NCBI GenBank assembly: GCA_964016885.1
Contig: OZ024743.1
Span: 145,762,001 to 145,826,000, forward strand
Direction: 5' to 3'
Length of the DNA: 64,000 nt
Source of the DNA: Eledone cirrhosa
Taxonomy: Eukaryota
Every line of letters starts with the position of its first letter. Positions within the stretch are counted from its first letter, which is position 1. The notes beneath the pieces were generated by a model that worked only from the letters and a program-made list of their open reading frames with translations, ran no database searches and was not told the DNA's origin. The position numbers and the translations under genes were made by a program. This document shows positions 21,990 to 35,140 of this stretch, one piece after another.

Positions 21990-22800
21990 GAAGCGGAGTG
22001 TGCTCAATGCTTGGGTTAGCAGAGTTAAATATTAGAGAAGATTTAATATTTAGTAGATTGTTCAAGCAGAGCAGGAATAAGTAAATGAATGAATGAAGGA
22101 GTTACAAGCTGTTAAAACAAGTTCTTTATATAAATCTTACATAATGTTTCGCCCACACGGGCTCCTCAAAGAAATAATTGTTTATATAATGTCATCAATA
22201 AGTATAAATACCGTTGAGAATCTTTGCATTAGATTAACGCCTCCTTGCATGGTAGGCGAAAAAATAATAATAATGGCGTCGGTGGAAGGGGCATAATCCA
22301 CTAAGGGAGGCAACTGCACGGTGTAAGGCAGGAAATTACCCTAAAATATTTAGTATATCCCAGCTAAAGGGATGGTTTAGCAGGGTGAGCCTAATTCAGT
22401 AGGTGATGGGCAGTGCTTGGATAAAAATCAGGTGGCTGGTTAATAGCGTCATTAAACACTGTACTTAAGTCTAATTATTACAGGTGGACTAAATGGTGGT
22501 CTGATGTAGATAGCTGTGGGGATAGGGTGTTATTACTGTTCTAGAGACCACTTGTAGAACGAGTAGTGTAGCCTGTGTTTGCAATTTATGACCATTTCAG
22601 CTCGACTATTAATGAGTTCATGGGATGAGCTTACTATACAATATGTTTCCATTAGGTACAGCTGGCAATTTTTACTAAAGTTGTAAGGCGTTGCTTGATC
22701 TACTATTCCCCATTGTGTGGTGTAGCTAATGTTAGATTCAGTTAATAGTGTAATATAATTAGCAAGGGAGGTAGAGAACCTGAGTTTCTTATTTCTAAAT
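21990..22800 (-). mobile_element. Penelope-like element 3' remnant: GIY-YIG C-terminus plus hammerhead motif at 22135-22172
   Basis: Minus translation FSTSLANYI...QW...CQLYLMETYCI...LINSRAEMVINCKHR resembles a PLE endonuclease tail; TTGAGGA-GCCC..GGGC-GAAAC-ATTAT-GTA. Confidence 0.65.
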
Positions 22801-22990
22801 GAGTGGAGATGTAAGTAAATGTATATATATATATACTATATATATATATATATAATAAATGTAATCTGAGTTTTTCGAATATTAATAATAATATTCGATT
22901 CGTTTGCAATTATGCAAACACCTCATTTTTAAAGCCATGTCAGTAGAATGAGCCCCTCATTCTTGCTCTTATGTTGGCATGTAAACAGAA

Positions 22991-23034
22991 CTGCAGACAC
23001 TAATGTTTCTGGGTATCAGCCTTCATCAGTACAG
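22991..23034 (-). ncRNA. Degenerate hammerhead ribozyme motif
   Basis: CTGTA-CTGATGA...GAAAC-ATTAGT-GTC-TGCAG; stem II weakened. Confidence 0.5.
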
Positions 23035-23263
23035 CTCACTGTTCACCTGCCAGCTGTCAGAGCTAGTGAAAATATATGGTATTTTCTAAAATATAGTGAC
23101 TGATCGGCCTGATTTGCATATTAACAGACTGGCTGATCAGTCAGATCTGCATATTAGTAGATCCATTGATCAGCCAGATTTGCATATCAGCAGACTGGCC
23201 AGTCAGTTTCCTGTATACGAGCGATAAATGGCCGGCTTTGCCACATTCAAATAAAAAATATTT

Positions 23264-23332
<69 letters not shown>

Positions 23333-23514
23333 GGAGGTGAGTTTATGTTGACTAGACACTTTCTTGTTGACAAGTGGTTTTTTTTTAGGCATCATATCAT
23401 GTTACCTTATTTTATCTGATGAGAACGCAACTATCGTTCCAGGATGATATTTGTTTTTGAAATGCGCATAATAAAATATATGGAACTTTTTTTAACCATC
23501 TTTTAATTTCTTCT

Positions 23515-23592
<78 letters not shown>

Positions 23593-24058
23593 TGTGTGTG
23601 TGTGTGTGTAGTAATAATAATAAATGTGAAGGCTAAAATCCGAAGATTATTATTTTTCAGTCGGTCAGTTTATATATATTTATATATATTGTCACCAAAA
23701 CTATTTTGTCACACATTCTGTGACCTCGTCAGTGACTATTTATTTTGTTATTTTGTGTCGCTCCTTTGTTCTGTATTACACCATCTTGTTTTTGTGAGAT
23801 GTCTACTTGGGCAGCGCATGCGTATACACTTACTGAATGGAAAAAGATGTGCATCAGCATATATGGGTGTCTGGCCGCTTTCCATTGTTTACGTAATAAC
23901 TATTAAGTTATAGATCCTAAAAATAACGGAAGGTGACGAGTAGGTTGATTGGCGCAATAGTAGCGTTCCTGTCCGGTAAACAGATGTGGGTTTGGCTCCC
24001 ATGGGTACAGATACTCATCTTTTTCCGTTTAGTGAATTTATAAGCACTGTTATTAATC

Positions 24059-24143
<85 letters not shown>

Positions 24144-24154
24144 GAGGGGGGGTG

Positions 24155-26060
24155 TAAAAGGTAAACAGAAATAACAACACAATCGGTACAGTATATGGAA
24201 GGTATATATTAGATTAACGCTTGATATAGCAGGAAGAGGGTCTTAACGTTTCGGATGCTAGTCCTTCATCAGAAGAAAGAATGAGAAATAAAATAGATTA
24301 AGGGCGGGATGGAATTGGAAAAAATGTCTTTAGATAAAAATAATAGGTCCATTCACGTTGACATCTCTTGCAAAACTATTGGTGTTGGCGTTTTGTGTAT
24401 GATTTGTTTTTTAGAAAAGTAGATGATGGCGCGCGTCTACTTGAAATGGAAAAAAACCCGTTTGGTAAAAAGTGCTATACTTGAGCACCTGCGTAAGCAT
24501 ATGTGTGTGTGTGTGTGTTATTATAGGTCCGTACGAAGCTAAGAAGAAATGTGTGTGTATATGTGAGTAAAAGAGTGTGTGCATGTAAGTACGAAGCTAT
24601 GAGCAAAGAGAAAGCGATAGGAATCTAGGGGTGTGATAATGGACGGGGGTAGTAGAGAAATTGGGGAGGTGAGTTGAGTCCAAGAGGGGAATAGGACCCA
24701 AGACGGGGAATCAGACTTTGTTCAGTCCTGGTGCGCGAGGCCTGTGATCCATGATGTAAAAGGACACCCAGGACTGAAACATGTAGGGAAGAATGACCAG
24801 GAAAACATAAATGACGGGCGACAGGAGAATCCAAACCGAGTCGTATGTCCCTCAAATGTTCGGCAAAACGATCCGCCATACGGCATCCCGTTTGTCCGAT
24901 ATATAAAGACCCGCAAAGGGAACACCGGAGGGCATAGACAACGTTGGTGGATGTGCAGGTGAAGGAATGGCAGATACGGAAAGACTCGTTAGGGCCTGTA
25001 AGAGTGGTGAGGGTGAAAAAGAAAATCCATTAAGTGTGAGAACAAGCTCAGCCAGACGGAGAAGAGTGGTAGTGCTGGGGTAAGGGGTAGGAGGTAAATC
25101 TAAAAAATGCTGGTAAGGCCGTCATCATGAGGGATGACGGTATAGAGAGAAGTGATGTCCAGGGTAAAGAAAAGGCGGGAGGGACCAGGATGGAAGGAGA
25201 AAGAGTTAAAAAGTCTAAGGGCATGAATTGTATCGTGTATGTGGGAGGGGAGATTGCCGACCAACGGGACGAGGATAGTGTCTAAATATTCAGAAATTAT
25301 CTCGGTGGGGCAGTTGCACACAGAAACGGCCAGGATTATTTTGTTTGTGTATTTTGGGAAGGAAGTAGATGGTGGGTGTGCTAAGGGTGCGTACAATAAG
25401 GTTGGTGGCTGTGGGGGTAGGTGAGAGGAGGAGATGAGCTCGTGGATGGTGGAGGGCACGAGTTGTTGGTAGCCAGGAGTGGGGTCAGAGGATAAAGGGC
25501 GGTAAAAAAGGGTATTGTGAAGCTGGTGGAGAGCCTCTGCCCTATAGAGGTCAGCGCTCCAAACCACCACAGCTCCACCATTGTCAGCGGGTTTGATGAC
25601 AATGTCATCGCGACGCCGAAAGTTAGGAAGAGCGGAGAGCTCAGTTCGCGTGATGTTAGAACGACGAGAATGCTGGTGGAAACGTAACCGATTCACAGTA
25701 CGCCGGCAAATATCGACAACGGAGTCGAGGGTGCTGAACTGGTCATAGCTCGGCGTCCAATGTGATTGCAGGCGACGGAGACGAGTGAAGTCATCCTTCT
25801 GTGTCGATGATGGCGTGTCGTGAAAAAAAGCTTTCAGCTTTAAACAACGGAAGAACCCTTCAATCTTGGCACGTGTGCGGAACTCGTCGCAGGTAGATGT
25901 GGTTGGTATAAAACGCAAACCACGGGCGAGGAGGGAGCGCTCAGCTTCGGAGAGTGGTAGGTCCTGGAGTATGGTGATTACAGTGCAGGGACGTGAGGGG
26001 GTGAAAAAGGCGTAAGCGGAGGGGTCAAGGTGGTTGGGCAAAGCGTGTGCAGATTCAGTG
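24155..26060 (-). mobile_element. Internally deleted Penelope-like element (partial RT, GIY-YIG, hammerhead-bearing terminal repeat)
   Basis: GLRFIPT, IKPADNGGAVVVW, TLDITSLYTVIP; FTCTSTNVVYALRCSLCGSLYIGQTG...RFAEH; minimal hammerhead at 24241-24276. Confidence 0.85.
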
Positions 26061-26225
26061 GCCCAGAACTATATGTCAATAATTGTCACAAGTGTAGTGT
26101 TTGTACCAGAGTTTTCAAATCGCTGGCTGGACTAAAAAGTCACACTCGTTCAGCGCATCGGTAGGAGTTCTCCTACATGGATATAAAGTAGTGGCCGTAC
26201 TCGAAAACAAGTTGGCAGCCACCAT
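26060..26225 (+). mobile_element. 3' part of the bipartite RTE-derived element
   Basis: Reverse complement of ~17855-18020. Confidence 0.85.
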
Positions 26226-26244
26226 ATATGTATGTATATATATA

Positions 26245-27775
26245 TAAAATTTGCGTGAAATGAAGAATAAGTGGTGGAATAACAAAGCCGATGAAATACA
26301 ACTTGCGTCGGATGTGAAGGACGTTAAGGCAATGTATAATCTTCTTCGTGAAGTGTATGAACCACCTACATCGCCAGTTGCGCCTCTTGGGACAAAGGAT
26401 GGCAATCAGTTCCTTAGAGATCCCAATAATATCCTGTTGAGATGGCGGGAACACTTTGACGAGCTTCTCAATAGGGATTCAGAGGTTGACGAAGAGTTTA
26501 TCAGGTCCATACCTGATAAGCCAGTAAAGGAAATCCTTGCTGAGCCTCCAACGATCGAGGAGGTTAAAAGTGCTGTCAGGAAACTCAATGGTGGGAAGTC
26601 GCCTGGATTGGATGGGCTGTATGCTGAGATCTTGAAGCACGGTTCTGGATGCCTGGAACAACAATCATGTTCCCGATGACTGGAAGGAAGCTGTGATGGT
26701 TGTTTTGTACAAGGGAATGGGAGACAGGGATAACTGCGCAAACTATCGTGGAATATCACTGTTGTCTGTTGTCGGCAAAGTTCTCTGTAGAGTTCTGTTG
26801 GACCGTTTGTTGCTCTACATTGCTGATGAAGCTCTACCAGAGTCGCAATCGGGCTTTCGGGCTGGGCGTGGCACTGTGGACATGATCTTTACAGCCAGAC
26901 AACTGCAGGAAAAGTGTGTTGAGCAGAATGTGGATCTCTACCAGGTGTTTGTTGATCTGACAAAGGCGTTTGACACGGTCAACAGAAAGGCTTTATGGGA
27001 TATCTTGAGGAAGCTGGGGTGCCCTGAGAAGTTTGTTTCCATTTTGCGTTTGTTTCATGATGACATGAAGGCATGGGTAAATGTTGGTGGAAAGCTCTCT
27101 GAGCCGGTGACGGTCGAGAATGGAGTCAAACAGGGTGACATCCCAGCTCCAACGCTCTTTGCTTTCGAACAGGCCTTCGGGAACTGCAATCATGGTATAT
27201 ATGTTCGCTATCGATCAACTGGAAAGCTGTTTAATATCAGGAGGTTCAATGCTAAGTCAAAGGTTCACTTGTCACTAATCAGGGATTTGCTTTATGCAAA
27301 TGACTGTGACCTGGTAGCGCACACTGAGATTGATATGCAGCATCTCATGGATGCATTTTCTAATGCGTGTACTGCATTTGGACTTACCATAAGCCTGAAA
27401 AAGACAGTAGCCATGTACCATCCAGCCCCTGGGAAGCCATGTTGTGAGCCCAACATCTTGGTTTATGATGAAAGGCAGTTTTGTATATCTTGGAAGCACT
27501 CTTAGTATGTCCTGCGATCTTGATGGGGAAATATCAAACAGGATACAGAAAGCCAGTGACGCTTTAGAAGGCTGAACAAGCGTCTCTGGTTTCAACACGG
27601 AATTTCGGTAAAGACAAAGCTCAAAGTGTATCATGCGTGTGTGCTCGCGGCACTTATTTATGCTTGTGAGACGTGGGTGGTCTACCGTAGACAGATGAAG
27701 CGACTTGAGAGGTTCCACCAGTACTGCTTACGCCGGATCCTCGGCATAACTTGGCAAATGTTTGTCAGTGACGTC
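26245..27775 (+). mobile_element. Decayed RTE LINE, truncated at both ends
   Basis: KSPGLDG, NYRGISLLS, DLTKAFD, GVKQGD, LLYAND, YACETW. Confidence 0.9.
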
Positions 27776-27800
27776 AGTGACGTCGTATTTCTGTTTGCAT

Positions 27801-27834
<34 letters not shown>

Positions 27835-27874
27835 GTGTGTACACACACTTATATATATATGTGAGTGTGTACAC

Positions 27875-27947
<73 letters not shown>

Positions 27948-27969
27948 TGTGTGTGTGTGTGTGTGTGTG

Positions 27970-28294
27970 TGCAAACAGAAATAACAAGGCAAACGACACA
28001 GTACAATGAAGAAATATATTAAGTTTACGCTTGATATAGTAGAAAAAGAGTCTGAACGTTTCGGACGCTACTCCTTCATCAGAATGTAGAATGGGAAATT
28101 AAAGAAATAGAAAAACAGGGGAGAGTGTGGGCAGTGGCAGACACGAAATGTCTCGATTTATTTTTTCATTCAGTTTGGTATCCGTTAAAATTTTATTCAT
28201 GGTGTTTCCCTCTAATATTGTAATTGAGTTCACTCTGATTCCAAAGTACTATATACATGCATACATGTATACATATATATATATACACATTTCA

Positions 28295-28384
<90 letters not shown>

Positions 28385-28560
28385 GGTAAACAGAAATAAC
28401 AAAAATAACAAAACAAACGGCACAGTATATGGAAGAAATATATTAGTTTAACGCTTAAAATAACAAGAAGATAGTCTCAACGTTTCGGACACTAGTCTTT
28501 CATCAGAAGATAGAGTTAGAAATAGAAGATAAATAGAAAGTAAAGTGTGATGAGAGGAAG
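27970..28560 (-). mobile_element. Two solo Penelope terminal-repeat remnants with minimal hammerheads (28051-28086, 28475-28510)
   Basis: Homologous to 24155-24300; CTGATGA...CCGAAACGTT; each abuts (GT)n. Confidence 0.7.
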
Positions 28561-28635
28561 GAACGATATGATGTAACTATGCCATTGAAATACGTATAGT
28601 GTTTTGTCAACTATTTCTAGTTCGGCCTAGATTTA

Positions 28636-28698
<63 letters not shown>

Positions 28699-29619
28699 TC
28701 AACAATGCAGATGGGTAAATCTCCTGGTAAGAGAATCAGGTGGTAATGAGAAAGAGATGTAAGAGGAAGCGTAGAAAGAGACGTGGAGAGCGTAAAGGAA
28801 CGTAGGAAAAGTGTAAAAAATAATAACACGACATAGAATTACCTTGGAAGCGATTTAATAGTCCCTATATTTCGGATTTCGCATCAATCAACTAGGGGTT
28901 TTCTGAGGGGAAAAAGGTTATGTCTCGGAGAGGGATAACACGTGGCCTCCGCTGTTTACTTGTATATATATATATATATATTTCCTTTGTTAACATTTTG
29001 AATTTACCCGTCAAAAACCGAGGGTTGCTTCCCTTGTTGGAAATAACACGTGACAACGAAATGATTGAAGGCTGTCTATTGTGGCAGTCGCATTTAGTTA
29101 ATGTTCACACCAGTTTGAAGCAAAAGAACGGAGTGCCTGTTGATGAAGTGAATCCCTTGTTCGATCATGGAATACCACAAGCTTACGTGTTACGTAAGTT
29201 GGATAGACGATTTCGGATTCATAGAAACATATCGGACGCATTGCAGAATATCGTTCGATCTGTCCAGGTATGTTGTTTTAACCTGATTAATTCTTTCGTT
29301 GTTTTTGGTATTGTATGATTGGGTTTTGCCTGCCGCAATTTTCAATTTGTCAAGCTTTTTAAACGTAATGTTATTACTCTAAGGACCTACCCTTATTGAG
29401 TGCTTTGCTACTCATTCCTTATTGTAGGTCGACTTTGCTTGGCCACAGCCAAAGCTTCGATTTTACTAAGCTTCCACTTGTATAGATGGCTTTTGCAGAC
29501 CCATCGAAACCGGTCATTTTTTATACCCTTTATTATTTCCTTACCTTATAAAATTATGTTTTTTCACAAAAAAGTATTCTGTCTCTTATATATTCCATGT
29601 GCCATTACCAACCACAATT

Positions 29620-29658
<39 letters not shown>

Positions 29659-30031
29659 AGTAAACAATGAAGACTTCAGTGTAACATTCGTTTATTATGT
29701 AATGACCGTTTGTGTAACAATCCTGCTCACGGCTGTAGTATTATACAAATATTTATACACCGGAAATTGCATAACTAATTATAGCTGGACTCAAAGGGTT
29801 GTGTCAGACTTATATAAACAGCACCGAATTTAGAATCAGCGTGTCTTCAATTATAACGACATTACCGTTATATATCCCAGAAAACATTTTAAAATATATA
29901 ACATGAAAATAAAGATATAAATTAAACACGAAAGGGAGTAACGGAGAAAGAGAGAGAGTAAAGAAAAAGACGTGGATCATAAAAGGATATGTCTAAATAT
30001 TGTACATTATATCCAACAAAGTTTTCTGCTA

Positions 30032-30078
30032 CGCCAGACATTAGAGTTTCAGATTTTTTTCACCCATCATCAGTGACG
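30032..30078 (-). ncRNA. Hammerhead ribozyme motif
   Basis: CGTCA-CTGATGA-T-GGGT..ATCT-GAAAC-TCTAAT-GTC-TGGCG. Confidence 0.55.
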
Positions 30079-30724
30079 TTTAATCACTCGGTTCTGAGAT
30101 AAGAATAAGGTATAACTTCTATACGTCTTGCGTATAAAACATCTGCTGGTGAAATTATGTTGTATATAGTGCGTGCTTGACTTAGCTGGGGTTAATTAGC
30201 AGTAGCATAGCGTGATTCAAAATAGAAGTCTATATAAAGGCATATACGTTATGTTTATGTATGATAGATAGATTTGTCTCACTGTGAATGTTTTAGGCTG
30301 TATTCGCGCACGAAATTTTAATGCAAACGATCATATCTTAAAACGTTCACAGTGAGACCTATATATGTTTATTATGCATAAACTTATCGTATATGCCTTC
30401 AAATACACCTCTATTAGCTTAATAATGTCTTGTGTATGCATCTATGTGTGTATTATAGTGGCCAGCAGCAACAACACGAACCAGTCGGTAAAAGGTTGTG
30501 ATCACCACTCCCATACACAGTTCTGATTATGGTAAATATAATACAATATTTATGCATAGACTATGATTTTTGTTTGAAATGTGATACTTCATGAAATGTA
30601 AATTGACTATTAATATGGATGCTACACACACGTTCTGAAGAAGTCTGAGTGACCGAAACGTAAGTATACAAGTCGAGAAAAATATAGCTAAAATTGAACA
30701 ATGAATATTTTCCTTATTTAATAA

Positions 30725-30908
30725 TATTGTTTCTAACATAGGCACAAAGCCCAAGCATTTTGGAGGAGTACTTGACAGATTCTTTATTTTATCTACCACG
30801 AGAGGATGAAAGGCAATGTTAACATCAGGGAAATTTGAATTTAGAACGTAAAGAGACTGAACAAATACTGCTAAGTATTTGTCCGACGTTCTAACGAATC
30901 CACCGCCC
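30725..30908 (-). mobile_element. Diverged Nin-domain SINE
   Basis: GGCACAAAGCC...GGATGAAAGGCAA...TTTGAA...TCCACCGCC. Confidence 0.65.
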
Positions 30909-30924
30909 TAACATAATCTTATAT

Positions 30925-32844
30925 TATTAAGAAGGAAAAAATGTGTGTAGTATTAAGAAAAGCTGTTAGCGAAAAACGCCGATACCTGAAGAAGGTAGAT
31001 GAGAGAAAAGTGCTTAATAAAAGATTCAGACGAAACCAAACATCAGTCTATAGAGATATGAAGAACAAAATAATAAGTGTCATTGAGGCCCCATCCCAGA
31101 AAGACATAGATTCCTTTTGGAGCAAAATATGGGGTGAAAAGAAGAATTTCAACCAAGATGCAGTGTGGCTAGGAGAAATCCGAAAGAACTATTGCTCCTA
31201 CACTACAACAAAAACATACGACATAAGTGAGGGTACCCTTGAGACTGTGATAGGAAAACTCCAAGATAAGAAAACACCAGGAAGAGACATGATTGTCGGC
31301 TACTGGTACAAAAAACTGATATTCTATCGGAGGTATCTTACTGACCTCTACCAACAAGTTCTTAAGGGAGACACACTTATACCAGAATGGTTGACATTCG
31401 CACAAACATTACTGGTCCCAAGAACAAAGACACCCACTAGGCAAAAAACTACCGACCCATTGCATGCCAGAACCTGATGTATAAGATGTATACAGCCTGC
31501 CTGAACCTATTCCTCCAAGATCACTGTGAAAATAATAACATCATCACAGATAAACAAGCAGCTGGAAAGAAAGGCTTTGGGGATGTGCTGAACAACTCCT
31601 AATCAACAAAACTGCGATGTCAGAGGTGCGACAACTTAGGAGGAATATGGCTACAGTCTGGCTGGACTACAGGAAAGCTTTCGATTCTGTTCCCCACTCT
31701 TGGATGATAGAGGCCCTCCAACTTGCTAAAGTCCCAGACATTATTGTCAGAGCCATAGAGAGGCTGTCTTCTTCTTGGGCTACTATCCTAAGGTTAAAGA
31801 CAGAGAGGGAGGACTCTATTTTCCCTGATAAAATAAAATGTTGCCAGGAAGCTCCAGAGTAAGAGTAATATAGATAAGGAAAGTAGTCTATCTTGGACCA
31901 ACAACCGCTATATTGGCTCCCACTTTGAAGGATACGCTTTTGCAATCCAAGAACAGGAGATTAACACGAAATACCTGATTCACAAAAGAGATAGGGATGC
32001 AGGCAAAACACCTAGATGTGATAACAAGTGCAGACTCTGCAGAACTAACATTGAGGATATCACCCATGTCATCAACAGCTGTCCAAAGATGTCATCGCGG
32101 TACTATCTACCTATGAGGCATGATGTAGTGGCCAAAACACTGTACAATGCAGTCCGTAAAAAAGATAGCCCCGATAATAAACACATTAAAAGCTACAGCA
32201 ATGTGGAAGACATTCACGTACATAATATGAAAGAGTACTGGTGGAATGTTCCAGTAAAAAAAAACAATAAAATGCAGGCATAACAGACCAGATATTATGA
32301 TATGGGACAGGGAGAAGAAAGCATGCAGAGTAATAGGAATTAGCTGCCCAGCGGATGCTAATTTAATATCAAAGATTAGCGAAAAGGAGAATATTTATGC
32401 AGAACTGATTGGAAATCTGCAGATACTCCACCCTGATTACACCTTCAAATTTATGCCTGTGATTATTGGGGCACTGGGGTATGTTAGTAACTGCCTCAAT
32501 ACAAATCTTGAGAAGCTAGGCTTTACAAGAACAGAAAGAACACAACTAGTTAGGAAATTACAAGTACAATCCATTAATGGAACAGTAAAAATATGTAAAA
32601 CATTCCAAAAATGTTGCATCTAATAACTGCATATACACATGCACAGATACAAAGCATGCACACATACAACTCAAAACATACACATCCACACATACAATAA
32701 CATCCATATCTACACATGCATGCATGCATACATAATTTACCTAGTTGATGTTGTGTAAATTCCAATGAGAAAGTATTGTGTCTATGTTAGAAACCGACTC
32801 TCCCTCTATTGGTAAACATTTGTGAAATTATAAAACCAGAAGAA
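30925..32844 (+). pseudogene. R4/Dong-like RLE element, family B, 5'-truncated with ~0.9-kb internal deletion
   Basis: KTPGRD, WLDYRKAFDS, RHD, ISCPAD, GTVKICKTF; homologous to 41662-44212; ends at CATA repeats. Confidence 0.85.
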
Positions 32845-33397
32845 CATACATACGTACATACATACACGCACGCACACAAATATATACACACGCATACACT
32901 GACATACATACACTGTGATTAATTACTTTGAAGTTTTACCAACGTAACTGTGTTGTCAAAACTGTTTTGATAAGTCAATAACATTGGCGAAACTTCGAAG
33001 TAAACAGCCGTCATTAACAAGTGTGTGTGTGTGTGTATGCGTGTGTGTGTGTGTGCGTGTGCGTATGTGTGCGTAATTGTGCGTACGTGTGCGTGTCTGT
33101 GTACGTGCGGCGTGTGTGATTACGTGTTTGTATCTTTGTTTGTGTGCATGTGCTTATATTAAAGATGTCGCTCTGTTTTCCACCAAGAATAAATAATGAT
33201 ACACTAATTTCAAAAATTCAGAATTTTGTAGCCTAATAATATTTTACATGACAAACGATTGATTTGAACTGGGAATCGTTTGACGAAAAAAATAGACTAC
33301 AAGCTTCATCGGGGAATTTTGCGAAAGAAGCATTTCTCGAGCTAATGAGAATCTAGCGATGTTATATTAATACAATATTATATTTAATAAAACTCAG

Positions 33398-33588
33398 GGC
33401 GGTGGATTGGCAGTATTGGGAGAGGGTCGGACGCCATGCTTTGACGTATAGAGTTACGGCCCTTGCCATTCTGAGTTCAAATCCCGCCGAGGTTAACTTT
33501 GCCTTTCATCCTTACGGGGTCGATAAAATAAAGTACCAGTAATGCACTGGGTTATTGCTTGCCTTGTGCCTAACGTAGAAACAATTAT
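33398..33588 (+). mobile_element. Nin-domain SINE
   Basis: GGCGGTGGATTGGCAG head, GAGTTCAAATCCC B box, Nin core, AGAAACAATTAT tail. Confidence 0.8.
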
Positions 33589-33619
33589 ATTTAATAAAAC
33601 TGCTGACCTTGCCACGAAC

Positions 33620-33890
33620 AGAGTCCATTGACGAAAACGGCTTGGCTAATGTTGAATGCAAATCCGTTACATTGAGGACTATACATTATGAAAACGGAAT
33701 GTGCATGTATTTAGGGCACATCTTTTGTCTGTTAGATTTGCTGCAGATCGTGTAAATCTAAAGCTGGACTTAAAAGTCACCTAGGAGATCATGAACGGAT
33801 GTTTGGAGTTTGACACAGCTGATGGGGGCGCATAGGGAGACGGCAATCGTCTGCAAAAATGAAGCAGTTACCATGTATGTATGTATGTAT
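33620..33890 (+). mobile_element. 3' fragment of zinc-finger RTE with (TATG)n tail
   Basis: ICCRSCKSKAGLKSHL; ends CAGTTACCATGTATGTATG. Confidence 0.6.
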
Positions 33891-33892
33891 AG

Positions 33893-34236
33893 AAATAGCC
33901 AGACTGGATACCCGATCGCGCGGTTAAACCACTGGGAGTGAAGGACCCCTAGCCTTTGTCAGGGCATTCTTCTAGAAGGTAACTCAGGAAACTGGGATAA
34001 CTCCGACATAAAACCTGCGGCTCAGTAATTACCGATGATGTTGATCTTTTCATCTTTTCGGGTTATATAGCTACTGTCGCTCAGAGAGTGGGATTGGCTC
34101 TGTGCACAGTCTTTCCTCACATTAAAATAAATCTTCATGCACAGGCATTGCACGATAGAATTAATTAATAATGGTATATCGTGCACTGGCCATACACGAT
34201 AACGAGGTGGCAGCCATCATCATGTATGTATGTATG
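33893..34236 (+). mobile_element. Variant bipartite RTE-derived element with (TATG)n tail
   Basis: Shares GACCCCTAGCCTTTGTC, GATGTTGA, GAGAGTGGGA, CACAGGCATTGC and GGCAGCCA blocks with the main family. Confidence 0.7.
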
Positions 34237-34391
34237 TTATCTCTTTCTCTTAATTTCGAGTATATTTTTTGACCGGCCACCTTCCTGGTGGCAAGGTTGT
34301 AAAAGAAAAGAAATTGTCATCCCTTGTATCGCAAGAATGTTTTGCAAATTTTGAAGGTGCTAACTATCGCAGCCATTTGTAGACTATGAAT
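34237..34391 (-). mobile_element. Extreme 3' end of RLE family A
   Basis: Reverse complement of ~40855-41009. Confidence 0.85.
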
Positions 34392-35114
34392 TATGAGGCA
34401 TGATGTAGTGGCCAAAACACTGTACAATGCAGTCCGTAAAAAAGAAAGGCCCGATAATAAACGCATTAAAAGCTACAGCAATGTGGAAGACATACATATA
34501 CATAATATGAAAGAGTATTGGTGGAATGTTCCAGTAAAAACCCCAATAAAATGCAGGCATAACAGGCCAGATATTATGATAAGCGAAAAGAAGGCATGCA
34601 CAGTAGTGCAAGTTAGCTGCCGAGTTGATGTCAATATAATATCAAACATTAGCGAAACGGAGAATATCTATGCACAACTAATAAAAAATCTGCAGATACT
34701 CCACCCTGACTATACCTTCAGATTCCTGTGATTATTGGGGCACTGGAATATGTTAGTAACTGCCTCAATACAAATCTTGAGAAGCTGGGCTTCACAGGAA
34801 CAGAAAGAACACAACTAGTTAGGAAATTACAAGTACAATCCATTAATGGAACAGTAAAAATATGTAAAACATTCCAAAATTGTTGCATCTAATAACTGCA
34901 TATACACATGTACAGATACAAAGCGTATACACATGCACACATACAACTCAAAACACACACATCCACACATACAATAACATCCATATCTACACATGCATGC
35001 ATACATAATCTACCTAGTTGATGTGTAAATTCAAATGAAAGAGTCTTGTGTCTATGTTAGAAACCGACTCTCTCTCTATTGATAAACATTTGTGAAATTA
35101 TAAAACCAGAAGAA
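34392..35114 (+). mobile_element. 3' part of RLE family B
   Basis: MRHDVVAKTL...NRPDIMI; 3'UTR matches 32623-32844; followed by (CATA)n. Confidence 0.85.
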
Positions 35115-35140
35115 CATACATACATACATACATACATACA

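Noticed and set aside
21658-22065. ORFs spanning X residues
   Set aside because: Artefacts of the N gap
23940-24005. tRNA-like sequence with A and B boxes
   Set aside because: No complete cloverleaf and a degenerate B box; probably a SINE head remnant
29485-29516. GATGG..CCATC-GAAACCGGTC hammerhead half
   Set aside because: CUGANGA core is missing
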